This document shows, in pieces, positions 7,181-17,318 of a stretch of DNA of 41,382 nucleotides. Made by a program: the position numbers and the translations under genes. Every line of letters starts with the position of its first letter. The stretch's first letter is position 1. A model generated the notes under the pieces. That model saw only the letters and a list, made by a program, of their open reading frames with translations, had not been told where the DNA came from and made no database searches. The stretch is from an uncultured Desulfurococcaceae archaeon (GTDB taxonomy: Archaea; Thermoproteota; Thermoprotei_A; Sulfolobales; NBVN01), in the NCBI GenBank assembly GCA_964486465.1, contig CAZAMI010000001.1, positions 1 through 41,382 on the forward strand, read 5' to 3'.

Positions 7181-9283
7181 ATGGGTAGAATAGATCTTCT
7201 CTCAGGTAATAAGGCTGTAGCTTATGGTGTTAAACTATCTAGAGTTCAAGTAGTTTCTGCCTACCCTATTACGCCTCAAACACCTATAGTTGAGTATATT
7301 GCTGAGTTCATAGCTAAAGGAGAACTAGATGCCGAGTACATACACCCAGAAGGTGAGCACTCAGCTATAGCTGCTGCTTTAGCGGCAAGTATCGCAGGTG
7401 CTAGAGCATTTACAGCTACATGCTCCCAAGGACTTGGTTACGGTTTTGAGGTTATTGCTCAAGCGCCCGCGTATAGAGCTCCATTACTTATGGCAATAGC
7501 TAACAGAACCTTAGGGTGGTACTGGAGTGTAGCTTCAGATTACTCAGACTCCATGACAACTAGGGACTTAGGCTGGATTCAATTCTATGCGGAAAGTTGC
7601 CAAGAATGTCTTGATGGTGTAATTCAACTATATAGAATCCTAGAAGATGGGAGAGTCCTATTACCTGGTATGTTGTGTCTTGATGGATTTCACTTGTCAC
7701 ACTCATCAGAGCCTGTCGATATACCTGATCAACGTGAGGTTGATGACTATTTACCGCCGAGAAGGATTTATAGACATACTGTAGATCCCGTAGAGTCTAA
7801 TAGCTACGTATTCCCAGTACTACCCCCAAGTCTACATACGAAGTATAGAAGAATATTTGAAGATGTCATGAGAAGAACTAAGGACGTAATACGGGAAGTA
7901 AGTAGAGAGTATAGTGAAAGATTCAGAAGGGATGTGCATGGCCTTGTTGAGAGATATAAAACTGACAACGCAGAAATACTTCTCATAACTATGGGCTCCA
8001 TGTCAACAGCAGCTAAGAGATGCATCGATAGAATGAGAAGTAAAGGAGTTAAGGTAGGTCTCTTAAGGATAAGGTTCTTTAGACCATTCCCTCATGAAGA
8101 GATAATAGACGCTATTGTAAAGAGTGACGTTAAAGCTTTAGGAATAGTTGATAGAGCTGTAGTTCACGGTACTTCATCAGGACCCTTAGGCAGTGATGTA
8201 ATATCAACGATCTATAATCTAAGGAATAAACCTAATGTAATTAATTTCATAGCTGGAATGGGAGGAGATGATGTCTCGATCAAGGACTTCGAATTCATGG
8301 TAAGTAAGTTACTAGAGTCATTAAATAAGGAAAACATAAGAGAAACTGTATTTGTAGAACGTCATGTAAAGGTGAAGAGGCCATCAATAACTTTTAAGGA
8401 AGTTATTTACTGTCCAGGATCACAGCTATGCTCGGGCTGTGGCGCTTCATTAACTATTAGGCATATATTGAGAGTACTAGGGAAGAATGCTGTTGCTGTT
8501 TTCCCACCTAACTGCGTATCGGCTGCTATCGCCATGCACTTTCCAAGTAACTGGATTGGTGTGCCTTGCGTCTTAGCTAACTATGCTGCAGCTGCAGGTT
8601 ATGCGAGGGGGCTATATAGGGCATATAGGTATAAAGGTAAGAAGGTATATGTAGCCGTCATAGCTGGTGATGGATGTACCGCCGATATAGGGCTACAGTC
8701 ACTCTCATCAGCGGCTGAATGTGATGAGTCTATAATATGGATAAACTACGATAATGAAGCATACATGAATACAGGAATACAGAGAAGTGGTACAACACCT
8801 ATGAAGGCATGGACTACAACAACGCCTGTAGGACTTAAGTGGAGAGGTAAGAAGGAGTTACCTAAGGATTTAATATCTATAATGATAGCTCATAGAGTAC
8901 CGTACATAGCTACGGCATCACCAGCATTCATACATGATTTAGAAACTAAGGTAAGGAAGGCCATGAAGGTCGTCGAAAGAGATGAGGGACTAGCTTACAT
9001 CCATGTTCAAACACCGTGCCCTACAGGCTGGAGATTTCCTGAGAGTAAAACAGTTGAAGTTGCTAGATTAGCCGTACTAACAGGTATGTGGCCGCTCATA
9101 GAAATAGACCATGGGCTATTTAGACTAACATTTAAACCTACAAAGTTAAGACCAGTTAATGATTACTTGAGAATTCAGGGCAGGTTTAGACACTTAAGTG
9201 ATTCTGAAATAGCTGAAATTCAGAAAATTGTTGAGAATAATTGGAGAAGACTGCTTGAACTACATGGGAAGAAGCTATGGTAA
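7181..9283 (+). CDS. 2-oxoacid:ferredoxin oxidoreductase, fused alpha and beta (TPP-binding) subunits
   Basis: The N-terminal ~390 aa are alpha-like (GNKAVAYGVKLSRVQVVSAYPITPQT). The C-terminal ~300 aa are beta-like (CPGSQLCSGCG, GDGCTADIGLQSL TPP motif, NYDNEAYMNTGIQ). It is one uninterrupted 700-codon frame. Confidence 0.8.
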   Translation: MGRIDLLSGNKAVAYGVKLSRVQVVSAYPITPQTPIVEYIAEFIAKGELDAEYIHPEGEHSAIAAALAASIAGARAFTATCSQGLGYGFEVIAQAPAYRAPLLMAIANRTLGWYWSVASDYSDSMTTRDLGWIQFYAESCQECLDGVIQLYRILEDGRVLLPGMLCLDGFHLSHSSEPVDIPDQREVDDYLPPRRIYRHTVDPVESNSYVFPVLPPSLHTKYRRIFEDVMRRTKDVIREVSREYSERFRRDVHGLVERYKTDNAEILLITMGSMSTAAKRCIDRMRSKGVKVGLLRIRFFRPFPHEEIIDAIVKSDVKALGIVDRAVVHGTSSGPLGSDVISTIYNLRNKPNVINFIAGMGGDDVSIKDFEFMVSKLLESLNKENIRETVFVERHVKVKRPSITFKEVIYCPGSQLCSGCGASLTIRHILRVLGKNAVAVFPPNCVSAAIAMHFPSNWIGVPCVLANYAAAAGYARGLYRAYRYKGKKVYVAVIAGDGCTADIGLQSLSSAAECDESIIWINYDNEAYMNTGIQRSGTTPMKAWTTTTPVGLKWRGKKELPKDLISIMIAHRVPYIATASPAFIHDLETKVRKAMKVVERDEGLAYIHVQTPCPTGWRFPESKTVEVARLAVLTGMWPLIEIDHGLFRLTFKPTKLRPVNDYLRIQGRFRHLSDSEIAEIQKIVENNWRRLLELHGKKLW

Positions 9284-9287
9284 TTAA

Positions 9288-10949
9288 TTATGACTCTTCA
9301 AAGCAGTAATACTTCATAGCTTTTTCTAGTGATATCTTACCCTCACTTATATCTCTTAGAACAAGTTCTCTATCCCTTGCACATGGATCACCATAACCTC
9401 CACCACCTGGAGTGTTAATTACTACGATGTCTCCCCTCTTAAGTACTACCTTACTTTTACTACTAAGTCTCTCGATTTCACCATTACTTCTAATTATGTA
9501 GTGCTCTGATGGTGATGCTTCCTTACCACCAGCTATACCCCAAGGCTTTGTAATACTACGTTCTGAAAATATTGTCAGTATGACATTGTCTTCTAATACC
9601 ATAAAAGCTCTAGTTATCCCTAATCCCCCTCTATACTTTCCAGGACCCTCACTATCCTCGCGTAATTCATACCTAGTGAATAGTAGTGGGTAGTCCTGCT
9701 CTATGACTTCTATGGGAGTGTTTAGAGTGTTCGTCATATTTGTATGGATGCCGTCTATTCCATCAGATGTGGGTCTGCCTCCACTACCGCATGCTATGGT
9801 TTCATAGAAGACCCAATCCCTACCACCAATCATGACGTTAGTCATAGTACCGCAACTAGCGGCCGGTATGCGGTTAGGTAACGCCTTTGATAATGCCTTA
9901 AGTATGACATCAACAATTCTTTGGGATGTCTCAACATTACCTCCACCAACAGGTGCTGGGGGTTCTGGATTAACTAGGGATCCTCTAGGTGCTTGAATTT
10001 TAACTACTCTGTAAAACCCTGAATTCATAGGCATTTGAGGATCAATAACAGCCTTTAAAGCAAATGTTGTTGCTGCAACAGTCACCCCGTAGACAGCATT
10101 AAGCGGTTCATTGACCTGAGGATCAGTACCGTTGAAGTCTACTTGAATACTTTCTCTACTAATAGATATGGAGACACTTATTTTGACTAACGAATTGTTA
10201 GAGAGTTCCATGAATTCATGCGCTCTGTACGTACCTGCTAAATTATAGGTCTCCACCAACTCACGGATCTTACTCTTGGCAAATTTTTCAGTATAAGCCA
10301 GTACTGCATTCCAGGACTCCAGAACGGTATCGTATCCATAATGATTAACTAATTCTAAAATTCTCTTTTCACCCACATTTAGAGATGCTATTTGAGCCAT
10401 TAAGTCACCTTTAAAGTATCTAGGAACTCTAACATTACTTTGTAGTATCTTAATGATGTCCTCTCTAAGTCTGTTTCTTTCAACTATCTTAATTGGGGGT
10501 ATGATAAAGCCTTCTTCAATGAGTGATTTAGCATCAATGGATATACTACCAGGGCTTGAACCACCAACATCTACGTGATGCGCTTTATTAACTAAATAGC
10601 CTAGGATTTTATTCCCAACATATATGGGCTTTAGGAGCATTACGTCATTTAAATGAGTTCCTGCTATGTATGGGTCATTAGTTACGATTATATCTCCTTG
10701 GCTTAATTCAATACCTTCTCTATCTAGGTATTTAAGTATATTCTTTACGCCAATGAAGAGACTACCTAAATGTACTGGTATATGCTCTGCCTGAGCTACT
10801 ATCTCACCATTGATTGCTGCTATAGCGCATGAATGATCATGCCTATCCTTTATGTTAGGGCTAAAGGCAGTATTTCTTAACGCTACGCCCATTTCTTCAG
10901 CGATGAATATAGTACCATACTTTATTATTTCAATAGTAACTGGATCCAT
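9288..10949 (-). CDS. hyuB: Hydantoinase B / 5-oxoprolinase family protein
   Basis: DPVTIEIIKY...FSPNIKDRHDHSCA... is a typical HyuB N-terminus. Length is 553 aa. It overlaps the hyuA stop. Confidence 0.8.
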   Translation of the reverse strand: MDPVTIEIIKYGTIFIAEEMGVALRNTAFSPNIKDRHDHSCAIAAINGEIVAQAEHIPVHLGSLFIGVKNILKYLDREGIELSQGDIIVTNDPYIAGTHLNDVMLLKPIYVGNKILGYLVNKAHHVDVGGSSPGSISIDAKSLIEEGFIIPPIKIVERNRLREDIIKILQSNVRVPRYFKGDLMAQIASLNVGEKRILELVNHYGYDTVLESWNAVLAYTEKFAKSKIRELVETYNLAGTYRAHEFMELSNNSLVKISVSISISRESIQVDFNGTDPQVNEPLNAVYGVTVAATTFALKAVIDPQMPMNSGFYRVVKIQAPRGSLVNPEPPAPVGGGNVETSQRIVDVILKALSKALPNRIPAASCGTMTNVMIGGRDWVFYETIACGSGGRPTSDGIDGIHTNMTNTLNTPIEVIEQDYPLLFTRYELREDSEGPGKYRGGLGITRAFMVLEDNVILTIFSERSITKPWGIAGGKEASPSEHYIIRSNGEIERLSSKSKVVLKRGDIVVINTPGGGGYGDPCARDRELVLRDISEGKISLEKAMKYYCFEES

Positions 10950-13005
10950 CAGGCTTCACCTCAATAACGATGAGATTGAAGTGATTCACATATGCATTAA
11001 GTCCTGGTGGAATCAATATAGTACTATCATTTGATTCTATAATTGCTGGTCCCTCAATACATGCTCCAGCCTTGAGCGACTCCCTACGATATATGGGAGT
11101 CCTTACCCACTCTTTAAAGTAGACATTCCTGTAGCTTACATGCTTAGGCTTGTAGTTCCTCTGAGCTACTTTACGTAGAATCTTGGGCTTATTGACTAAA
11201 CCTATTGCTGTAATTCTTAGAGTAGTAACTTCAACTACTTCATCAGACATGGTGTATCCATACCTTAGTAGGTGATTTCTATGAAATTCCTTAATAGCCT
11301 CATTGAGAGAACCTCTATAGGGTACGGTTATGGTGTATTCCTGGCCATGATATCTCATATCTAGGAACTTCATTATCCTTATTCTATTCTTAGGTATACC
11401 CTCACTAATTAATGCAGATATTAGTTTACTTTCTAAGTCATTAGCAAGTGTCTCAATAGATTCGTCCCTTAATTCATTAACTAATCTCAAGACACTAGCT
11501 ATGGCTTCATGCCTATAATCCACGAGTAATAACCCTAAAGCTGAGAAGACACCTGGATAGGGAGGCACAATAACCCTTGAAATGCCCAGCTCTATAGCTA
11601 TCTCAGCAGCATGTAAAGGACCCGCACCACCAAATGCGAACAGCGTGAATTTCCGTGGGTCAAGACCACGCTCTATAGTGACTAATCTAATAGCCCTAGA
11701 CATTAACGTGTTTGCTAGTCTAATTACGGCATAGGCTGTCTCATATACATCTAGACCTAAGCTCTCTGCGAGTCTCCTTAATGCATTGACGGCTAAGTCC
11801 TTCCTTAGAATTACTTTACCACCAGCAAGAATATTAGGTAATCTATTAAGTACGAAGTTAGCATCCGTTATCGTGACTTGAATGCCTCCTCTACCATAGC
11901 ATGCGGGTCCCGGATCTGCACCGGCACTCATAGGACCAATCCTAAGTGCACCACCAGCATCAATCCATGCTATCGTACCTCCGCCCGCACTTACTTCAAC
12001 TAAATCAACAAATGGGTACCTTACAATATAACCTGAACCACGTATTAATTTACCCATATGTGTTCGTCCTCCCACTTCAAACTCAGCTACAGTGAGAGGC
12101 TCACCATCAAGTACTGTAGCTACCTTAGCTGTAGTTCCACCCATATCGAAGCTTAAGGCATTGTCTATACCTAGAGGTTTTGATATATATGCTGTAGCTA
12201 CAACTCCTGCTGCTGGCCCGCTTTCTATGAATGCTGCTGGAACTTCTATAGCTCTATTACTATCTACTACACCACCATTACTCTGCATGATTAATATCTT
12301 ACCCTTGAAGCTTCTCTTCACTAACTCACTCTTAAGTATGGCTAAGTACTTAGATAGTATGGGTTTAAGCACGGCATTAACAACCGTGGTGCTCATACGT
12401 TCGTACTCCTTAGGTTGAGGATCAACCTCAGAACTTAAGACAATCTCAGCATTAGGGCATACTTCCTTAATTACCTCCTTAGCTCTAATTTCGTGAACGG
12501 GATTCTTATAGCTATGAAGGAAGGCTATCGCGAAAACATCAGCCTTACCACACCATTTACGAGCTACCTCCTTGATGCCTTCAATGTCTAAGGGTTCTAG
12601 CTCAGTTCCATCAGCACCTATCCTACCTCTAATACCTAATCTGCGTGAGCGTGGAACTAACGGTTTCGGTCTCTCAAAAAATAGGTTATAAAGTTCAGGT
12701 CTATTCTGGCGGCCAATTTCTAAAATATCTCTAAACCCCTCATTAGTTAGTAATACAATATTAGGAATTTCAAGTCCAACTTGACCTAAAAGTAGATTCG
12801 AACCTAGAGTAGTTGCATGAACTATTATGTGAACATCACTAAGCGACACACCAGAATTCTTAATTCCTCTAATAAAGCTAATCCAGGGTTCCTTAGGGTT
12901 AGTCAAAACCTTAAAGACCTCAAAACTTCCGTCACTCTTCAACACTACTATATCAGTAAAGGTACCACCAATATCTATGCCGATCTTAACCTCATTCATC
13001 CCCAT
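10930..13005 (-). CDS. hyuA: Hydantoinase A / 5-oxoprolinase family protein
   Basis: IGIDIGGTFTDIVV ATPase motif and MGGTTAKV. Length is 691 aa. Confidence 0.8.
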   Translation of the reverse strand: MGMNEVKIGIDIGGTFTDIVVLKSDGSFEVFKVLTNPKEPWISFIRGIKNSGVSLSDVHIIVHATTLGSNLLLGQVGLEIPNIVLLTNEGFRDILEIGRQNRPELYNLFFERPKPLVPRSRRLGIRGRIGADGTELEPLDIEGIKEVARKWCGKADVFAIAFLHSYKNPVHEIRAKEVIKEVCPNAEIVLSSEVDPQPKEYERMSTTVVNAVLKPILSKYLAILKSELVKRSFKGKILIMQSNGGVVDSNRAIEVPAAFIESGPAAGVVATAYISKPLGIDNALSFDMGGTTAKVATVLDGEPLTVAEFEVGGRTHMGKLIRGSGYIVRYPFVDLVEVSAGGGTIAWIDAGGALRIGPMSAGADPGPACYGRGGIQVTITDANFVLNRLPNILAGGKVILRKDLAVNALRRLAESLGLDVYETAYAVIRLANTLMSRAIRLVTIERGLDPRKFTLFAFGGAGPLHAAEIAIELGISRVIVPPYPGVFSALGLLLVDYRHEAIASVLRLVNELRDESIETLANDLESKLISALISEGIPKNRIRIMKFLDMRYHGQEYTITVPYRGSLNEAIKEFHRNHLLRYGYTMSDEVVEVTTLRITAIGLVNKPKILRKVAQRNYKPKHVSYRNVYFKEWVRTPIYRRESLKAGACIEGPAIIESNDSTILIPPGLNAYVNHFNLIVIEVKPDGSSYY

Positions 13006-13033
13006 TTTTACCTAGGTAACTATGGTAACTATT

Positions 13034-13039
13034 AAAAAA
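13034..13039 (-). terminator. T6 run (minus strand) downstream of the deiminase-like gene
   Basis: A6 on the plus strand at 13034-13039 reads as an oligo-T tract on the minus strand, about 40 nt after the stop at 13079. Archaeal terminators are oligo-T tracts. Confidence 0.3.
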
Positions 13040-13078
13040 GCTGTATCTAAGCTACCACCAAGCTGGGTAGTCTAGCAT

Positions 13079-14170
13079 CTATTCCCTCACTAATTCTAGC
13101 GTTAAACATCTGGGACCGCCACCTGCCTTACAAAATTCTGTTAGCTCTACATCAATTACATCTACGCCTTCTTGACGTAACCTCCTAATAGTCTCTCTAT
13201 TTCCAGCAGGTATGATTACCTTACCAGGTGCTAATGGTAATACATTAGCTGCACACCTTCTTAGCTCATCTTCAGGTATTTCTATTAAGTTTATTTCTTT
13301 ACTCTTTAAGAACAATATAGTATCATAATCAACTCCTGCTGGATATATCACGGCTAGTGATTCATCAACCATACCAAACGTCATATCTAAGTGAAAGATT
13401 CCTGATATGCCGCCAATCTGTGTTGGTCTAGTCTCAAGATATCCGGGTAAGTGCGCTATGTGTATCTCCTCAACTCCAACTCTTCTTAATATATGCGCTA
13501 CCTGTTTGGCGCCATCAATGTTAGTTCTAAGCCCCGTAGCTATTATTGCGGTCTTTTCATCTATGAACCAAAGGTTACTAGCTTCAAAAACTCCCTTACC
13601 ATGAACAGTATAAAGTATTGGGCAACCTAACTCCATAAGTTTCTTAGCTATGAATACCTCTAATCCCTTCTTATATGCCATAGCAGGTCTTTCAATTATC
13701 GCGCCACCTTTAACTATTACTGCTTCATGCATAAAGCATGCAGATCTTAGCGGTATACCATAGGTACCTATTAATGGCTCTTTAGGGTTTAGGTAGATGA
13801 CTTCAACTCCCTCACTTCTTAAAGCCTCTACTAAGCGGTCATGCTCTTCTTGCATCCTCTTTAAATCAGGAAGTCCTTCAGGTAAATTAAAGAAGGCTGG
13901 GTCAGCAGCTATTATCGGTGATTTATTCTCATCACCAGGTCTATGTACTAGGACCTTCTTAAGCTTACCAACAGCTGATTGCGCACCCCACTCCTCACCC
14001 CATGTGGATTTCAATTCATCTAGGAATGACTTATCAAGGATGGGCTTAGGAGGTTTACCAGGTTCATAACCAGGTATCTTCCTTAAGATTTCCGAATTCA
14101 AAAATCTCACCAAGTCACGAGTTATGACTTCATTATTAAGTTTATCAGAACCCCTACCCTTCATCAACAA
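13079..14170 (-). CDS. Arginine deiminase / amidinotransferase-superfamily enzyme
   Basis: FHLDMTFGMVD and the C-terminal catalytic-Cys motif GGGPRCLTLELVRE. Length is 363 aa. The substrate cannot be assigned from sequence alone. Confidence 0.6.
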   Translation of the reverse strand: MLMKGRGSDKLNNEVITRDLVRFLNSEILRKIPGYEPGKPPKPILDKSFLDELKSTWGEEWGAQSAVGKLKKVLVHRPGDENKSPIIAADPAFFNLPEGLPDLKRMQEEHDRLVEALRSEGVEVIYLNPKEPLIGTYGIPLRSACFMHEAVIVKGGAIIERPAMAYKKGLEVFIAKKLMELGCPILYTVHGKGVFEASNLWFIDEKTAIIATGLRTNIDGAKQVAHILRRVGVEEIHIAHLPGYLETRPTQIGGISGIFHLDMTFGMVDESLAVIYPAGVDYDTILFLKSKEINLIEIPEDELRRCAANVLPLAPGKVIIPAGNRETIRRLRQEGVDVIDVELTEFCKAGGGPRCLTLELVRE

Positions 14171-14302
14171 TCAGGACGCCGTTTAGCTCATCATTAACTC
14201 CTTACCCTCATCCAGGCATATAGACTCACTACTTATTAGCGTCACGGATGGTGGCTACATAATTAATTATTATTTGCGAAATCACAATAAATTTCAGGAA
14301 AT

Positions 14303-15385
14303 ATGAAGACTGTTAAAAAGACGAAAATAGTTAGGGTTGACCCTGTAAATCCTGATGTTACATTACTACGTAAGGTAGCAAAGGTTATCAAGGAGGGTGG
14401 TCTTGTAGTATTCCCTACTGAGACCGTTTACGGTTTAGGTGCCAATGCTTATGATGCTAAGGCTGTTATTAAGATATTTAAGGCTAAGGAAAGACCTATT
14501 GATAATCCCCTCATAGTACATATATGTAACATCAAGCAGCTAATTGATCTAACGAGTGAACAACCTGAAGAGGTGTTTATTATTGCCAGGAAGTTCTGGC
14601 CAGGTCCTATAACTGCAGTGTTGCCTAAGTCTGATAAGGTGCCTAAGGAAGTAACTGCGGGCCTTCCAACAGTTGCTATACGTATGCCTGCACATCCTGT
14701 AGCTTTAAAGCTCATAGAGTTAAGTGGTGTACCCATAGCAGCGCCAAGTGCTAACTTAGCTGGTAGACCCTCACCCACGACGTCTAATCATGTAATCAGA
14801 GATATGTATGGTAGAGTTGACGTAATAATAGATGCTGGTGAGACTCTATTTGGTGTTGAATCAACAATAATAGATCTCACGCGTAAGCCACCATTACTAC
14901 TAAGACCTGGAGCTATACCTGTTGAAGATATAGAGAAATCACTTAACTTAAAGGTGGAGATACCAGCATTTGCTAGAGGATTAATGGAGGCTGAAAAAGC
15001 TTTAGCTCCCGGTCTTAAGTATAAGCATTATGCACCCGAGAAAACGCTAATACTTGTTGAATCTAATAATTACGGTAATTATGAGAATTACGCACTTAAA
15101 GTCATGAATATAGCGCAAAAATATGCTAAGAAGGGTTTAAAAGTATTGATACTTGCGTCCAGAGAGACTAGTAAGTATTACGTGGTAAAGGGGCTTAAAG
15201 TTATGGTATTAGGCTCTAGAATGAATATGTATGAAGTAGCTAAGAACCTATTTAAGATCTTAAGAACGATAGATTATATGGATATTGACATAGCTATATG
15301 TGAAGGCTTTGAGGAACGAGGTCTTGGTCTAACTATTATGAATAGATTAAGAAAGGCTAGTGGTTACAATATAGTGAGGGTTTAG
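14303..15385 (+). CDS. sua5: L-threonylcarbamoyladenylate synthase (Sua5: YrdC domain plus Sua5 domain)
   Basis: VVFPTETVYGLGANA, KERPIDNPLIVH, SANLAGRPSPTT. The 360 aa length includes a C-terminal Sua5 domain. Confidence 0.85.
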   Translation: MKTVKKTKIVRVDPVNPDVTLLRKVAKVIKEGGLVVFPTETVYGLGANAYDAKAVIKIFKAKERPIDNPLIVHICNIKQLIDLTSEQPEEVFIIARKFWPGPITAVLPKSDKVPKEVTAGLPTVAIRMPAHPVALKLIELSGVPIAAPSANLAGRPSPTTSNHVIRDMYGRVDVIIDAGETLFGVESTIIDLTRKPPLLLRPGAIPVEDIEKSLNLKVEIPAFARGLMEAEKALAPGLKYKHYAPEKTLILVESNNYGNYENYALKVMNIAQKYAKKGLKVLILASRETSKYYVVKGLKVMVLGSRMNMYEVAKNLFKILRTIDYMDIDIAICEGFEERGLGLTIMNRLRKASGYNIVRV

Positions 15386-16701
15386 GTAAGTACCCATGTT
15401 AATTCATAAAGTAACCATCCACTCAATACACTTACTGTATTGAATGGTACGCTTAACCTTATGAACTCTATGAATGTTGTTTGAAATCCTTTTTTCTCAA
15501 GAAGTCTCACAGCAACAACATTCGCTGAAGCACCTATGTAAGTTAAGTTACCACCTAAAGTAGCACCCAATAATAACGCCCAAGCGAGAACGATTGGATT
15601 CACACCCAAGATCCTTTGAAGACTTTCCACAACAGGAAGCATTGTTGCTATGTATGGTACATTATCGATGAATGCTGAAGCAATTACTGAGAGCCAAACT
15701 AAAGCTGAGGTTATTAAGAATAAGTCCCTACCTCCTACGAAGCTTATTAACATAGCTAAATCATTAGCTAAGCCCTGCTCACTAAAGGAACCTGCAATAG
15801 TAAATACTCCTATTAGGAACAATGCAACTCTCCATTCAAAACCCCCCTTCAATGCTTTAATAACGCTATCTACATCCTTATGAATAATTAATCTAACCGT
15901 AGAAAGACCTGCAATAGCTACAAATGCTGCAAGTGATAATGGTATACCTAGCTCATTTCTAAGGGTAAGTAGGATGATCTTTATGGAGAGAAATATTACG
16001 GTCTCAAAAACGAATGCTTTATCAATTCTATTACTGACTTTCATCACTGAATAGATTTGAGTGTTGCCTTTATTGATATACCTAGTTCTTGCCATATAGG
16101 TTAAGCTTATGCAGGCTAAAATTAATGCTGCTAATGTAAAGAAAAACATCGAAGGTTTACCGTTATAGATTATGAAGTCACCAAATGCTAGTTTAAAGTA
16201 TCCAGCAGTTATTATTGCTTGAGGATCACCTATCATCGTTGCTGATCCAGAGAGATTTGAAGCTAATGCTATGCCTATGATCAGTATCTTAGGGTCAACT
16301 TTAAGTTTGGATGCTAATGTGAATGCTATCGGAGCCATAATTAATACAACACTAACATTTTCTAATGCTATGCTGATAATCCCTGCAGTTAAACTTAATG
16401 ATAGAATTACTAGGGACGGTCTATGAACGTACTTACTAATTATGGAAGCTGTTAATTCAGCTAAACCTGAAAGTTCTATGAAGACAGTCATTATAGACAT
16501 TCCTATTATTAAGCCTATCACATCAATATCGATATAATTAAGAATCTTATTTAGAGGTAATAAACCTAAAAATATCGCAAGGATAGCTACACCCAATGCT
16601 ACGTAATGCCTATAATTAGCTATCCTACGAATACTTGAGGTAAGCACTATTACCGACAACAGTGCAAGCACTAGCAGCTTACTTAGCATGAACTTAAACA
16701 C
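15382..16701 (-). CDS. ArsB/NhaD-superfamily (citrate-transporter-like) permease
   Basis: 439 aa polytopic membrane protein with two similar hydrophobic halves. This is a family-level call from overall pattern only. Confidence 0.55.
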   Translation of the reverse strand: MFKFMLSKLLVLALLSVIVLTSSIRRIANYRHYVALGVAILAIFLGLLPLNKILNYIDIDVIGLIIGMSIMTVFIELSGLAELTASIISKYVHRPSLVILSLSLTAGIISIALENVSVVLIMAPIAFTLASKLKVDPKILIIGIALASNLSGSATMIGDPQAIITAGYFKLAFGDFIIYNGKPSMFFFTLAALILACISLTYMARTRYINKGNTQIYSVMKVSNRIDKAFVFETVIFLSIKIILLTLRNELGIPLSLAAFVAIAGLSTVRLIIHKDVDSVIKALKGGFEWRVALFLIGVFTIAGSFSEQGLANDLAMLISFVGGRDLFLITSALVWLSVIASAFIDNVPYIATMLPVVESLQRILGVNPIVLAWALLLGATLGGNLTYIGASANVVAVRLLEKKGFQTTFIEFIRLSVPFNTVSVLSGWLLYELTWVLT

Positions 16702-16808
16702 ACCATATACATAATTTTAGACTTGGTGTTTAAAAGTAGAGATCTAATACGGGTAAATAGTCATTCTTTAATTCCTACTTTAATTCTTATATTGCCTTAG
16801 ACTTACGT

Positions 16809-17300
16809 GTGAGGGGTGCAAGAGTGGAGGATATTTTTATCAAAATTCTATGGATATATATTCTATCATTAGTTCCAGGTCTTGAAGGGCGTTATGCCTT
16901 AGTCGTAGGTAAGATTATGGGTTTGAATTTAAGTACTTCATTCCTTATCGCATCGTTCGGCGTTATTACATTATCGCTAATATTACCTACAGTGCTGCCA
17001 TATATTGATAAGCTAATGCTTAAATTAGTTAACAAAGGTGGATTAACGGGCAGGATCGCAACAATGTACTTAAAGTATTTAGAGAATGTTAGGAGAAGAT
17101 CAAGTAAGTACGTCAATAAGTGGGGAATCCCGGGACTCATATTATTCGTGTCAATACCATTACCAGCAACAGGTGTGTGGACAGGATCCGTTGCAGCATA
17201 TATCTTAGGGATGAGGAGAAGAGCCGTAATTTCTTCGTTACTTATTGGTGGCTTAATATCTAACATAATAACCTTAATACCCTCAATAATTATTACATAG
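16809..17300 (+). CDS. Small multidrug-export-like membrane protein (COG2426-like)
   Basis: LVPGLEGRYALVVG and SIPLPATGVWTGSVAAYILG motifs. Length is 163 aa with 4 TM helices. Confidence 0.5.
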   Translation: MRGARVEDIFIKILWIYILSLVPGLEGRYALVVGKIMGLNLSTSFLIASFGVITLSLILPTVLPYIDKLMLKLVNKGGLTGRIATMYLKYLENVRRRSSKYVNKWGIPGLILFVSIPLPATGVWTGSVAAYILGMRRRAVISSLLIGGLISNIITLIPSIIIT

Positions 17301-17318
17301 CTTTGATTATACGGAACC

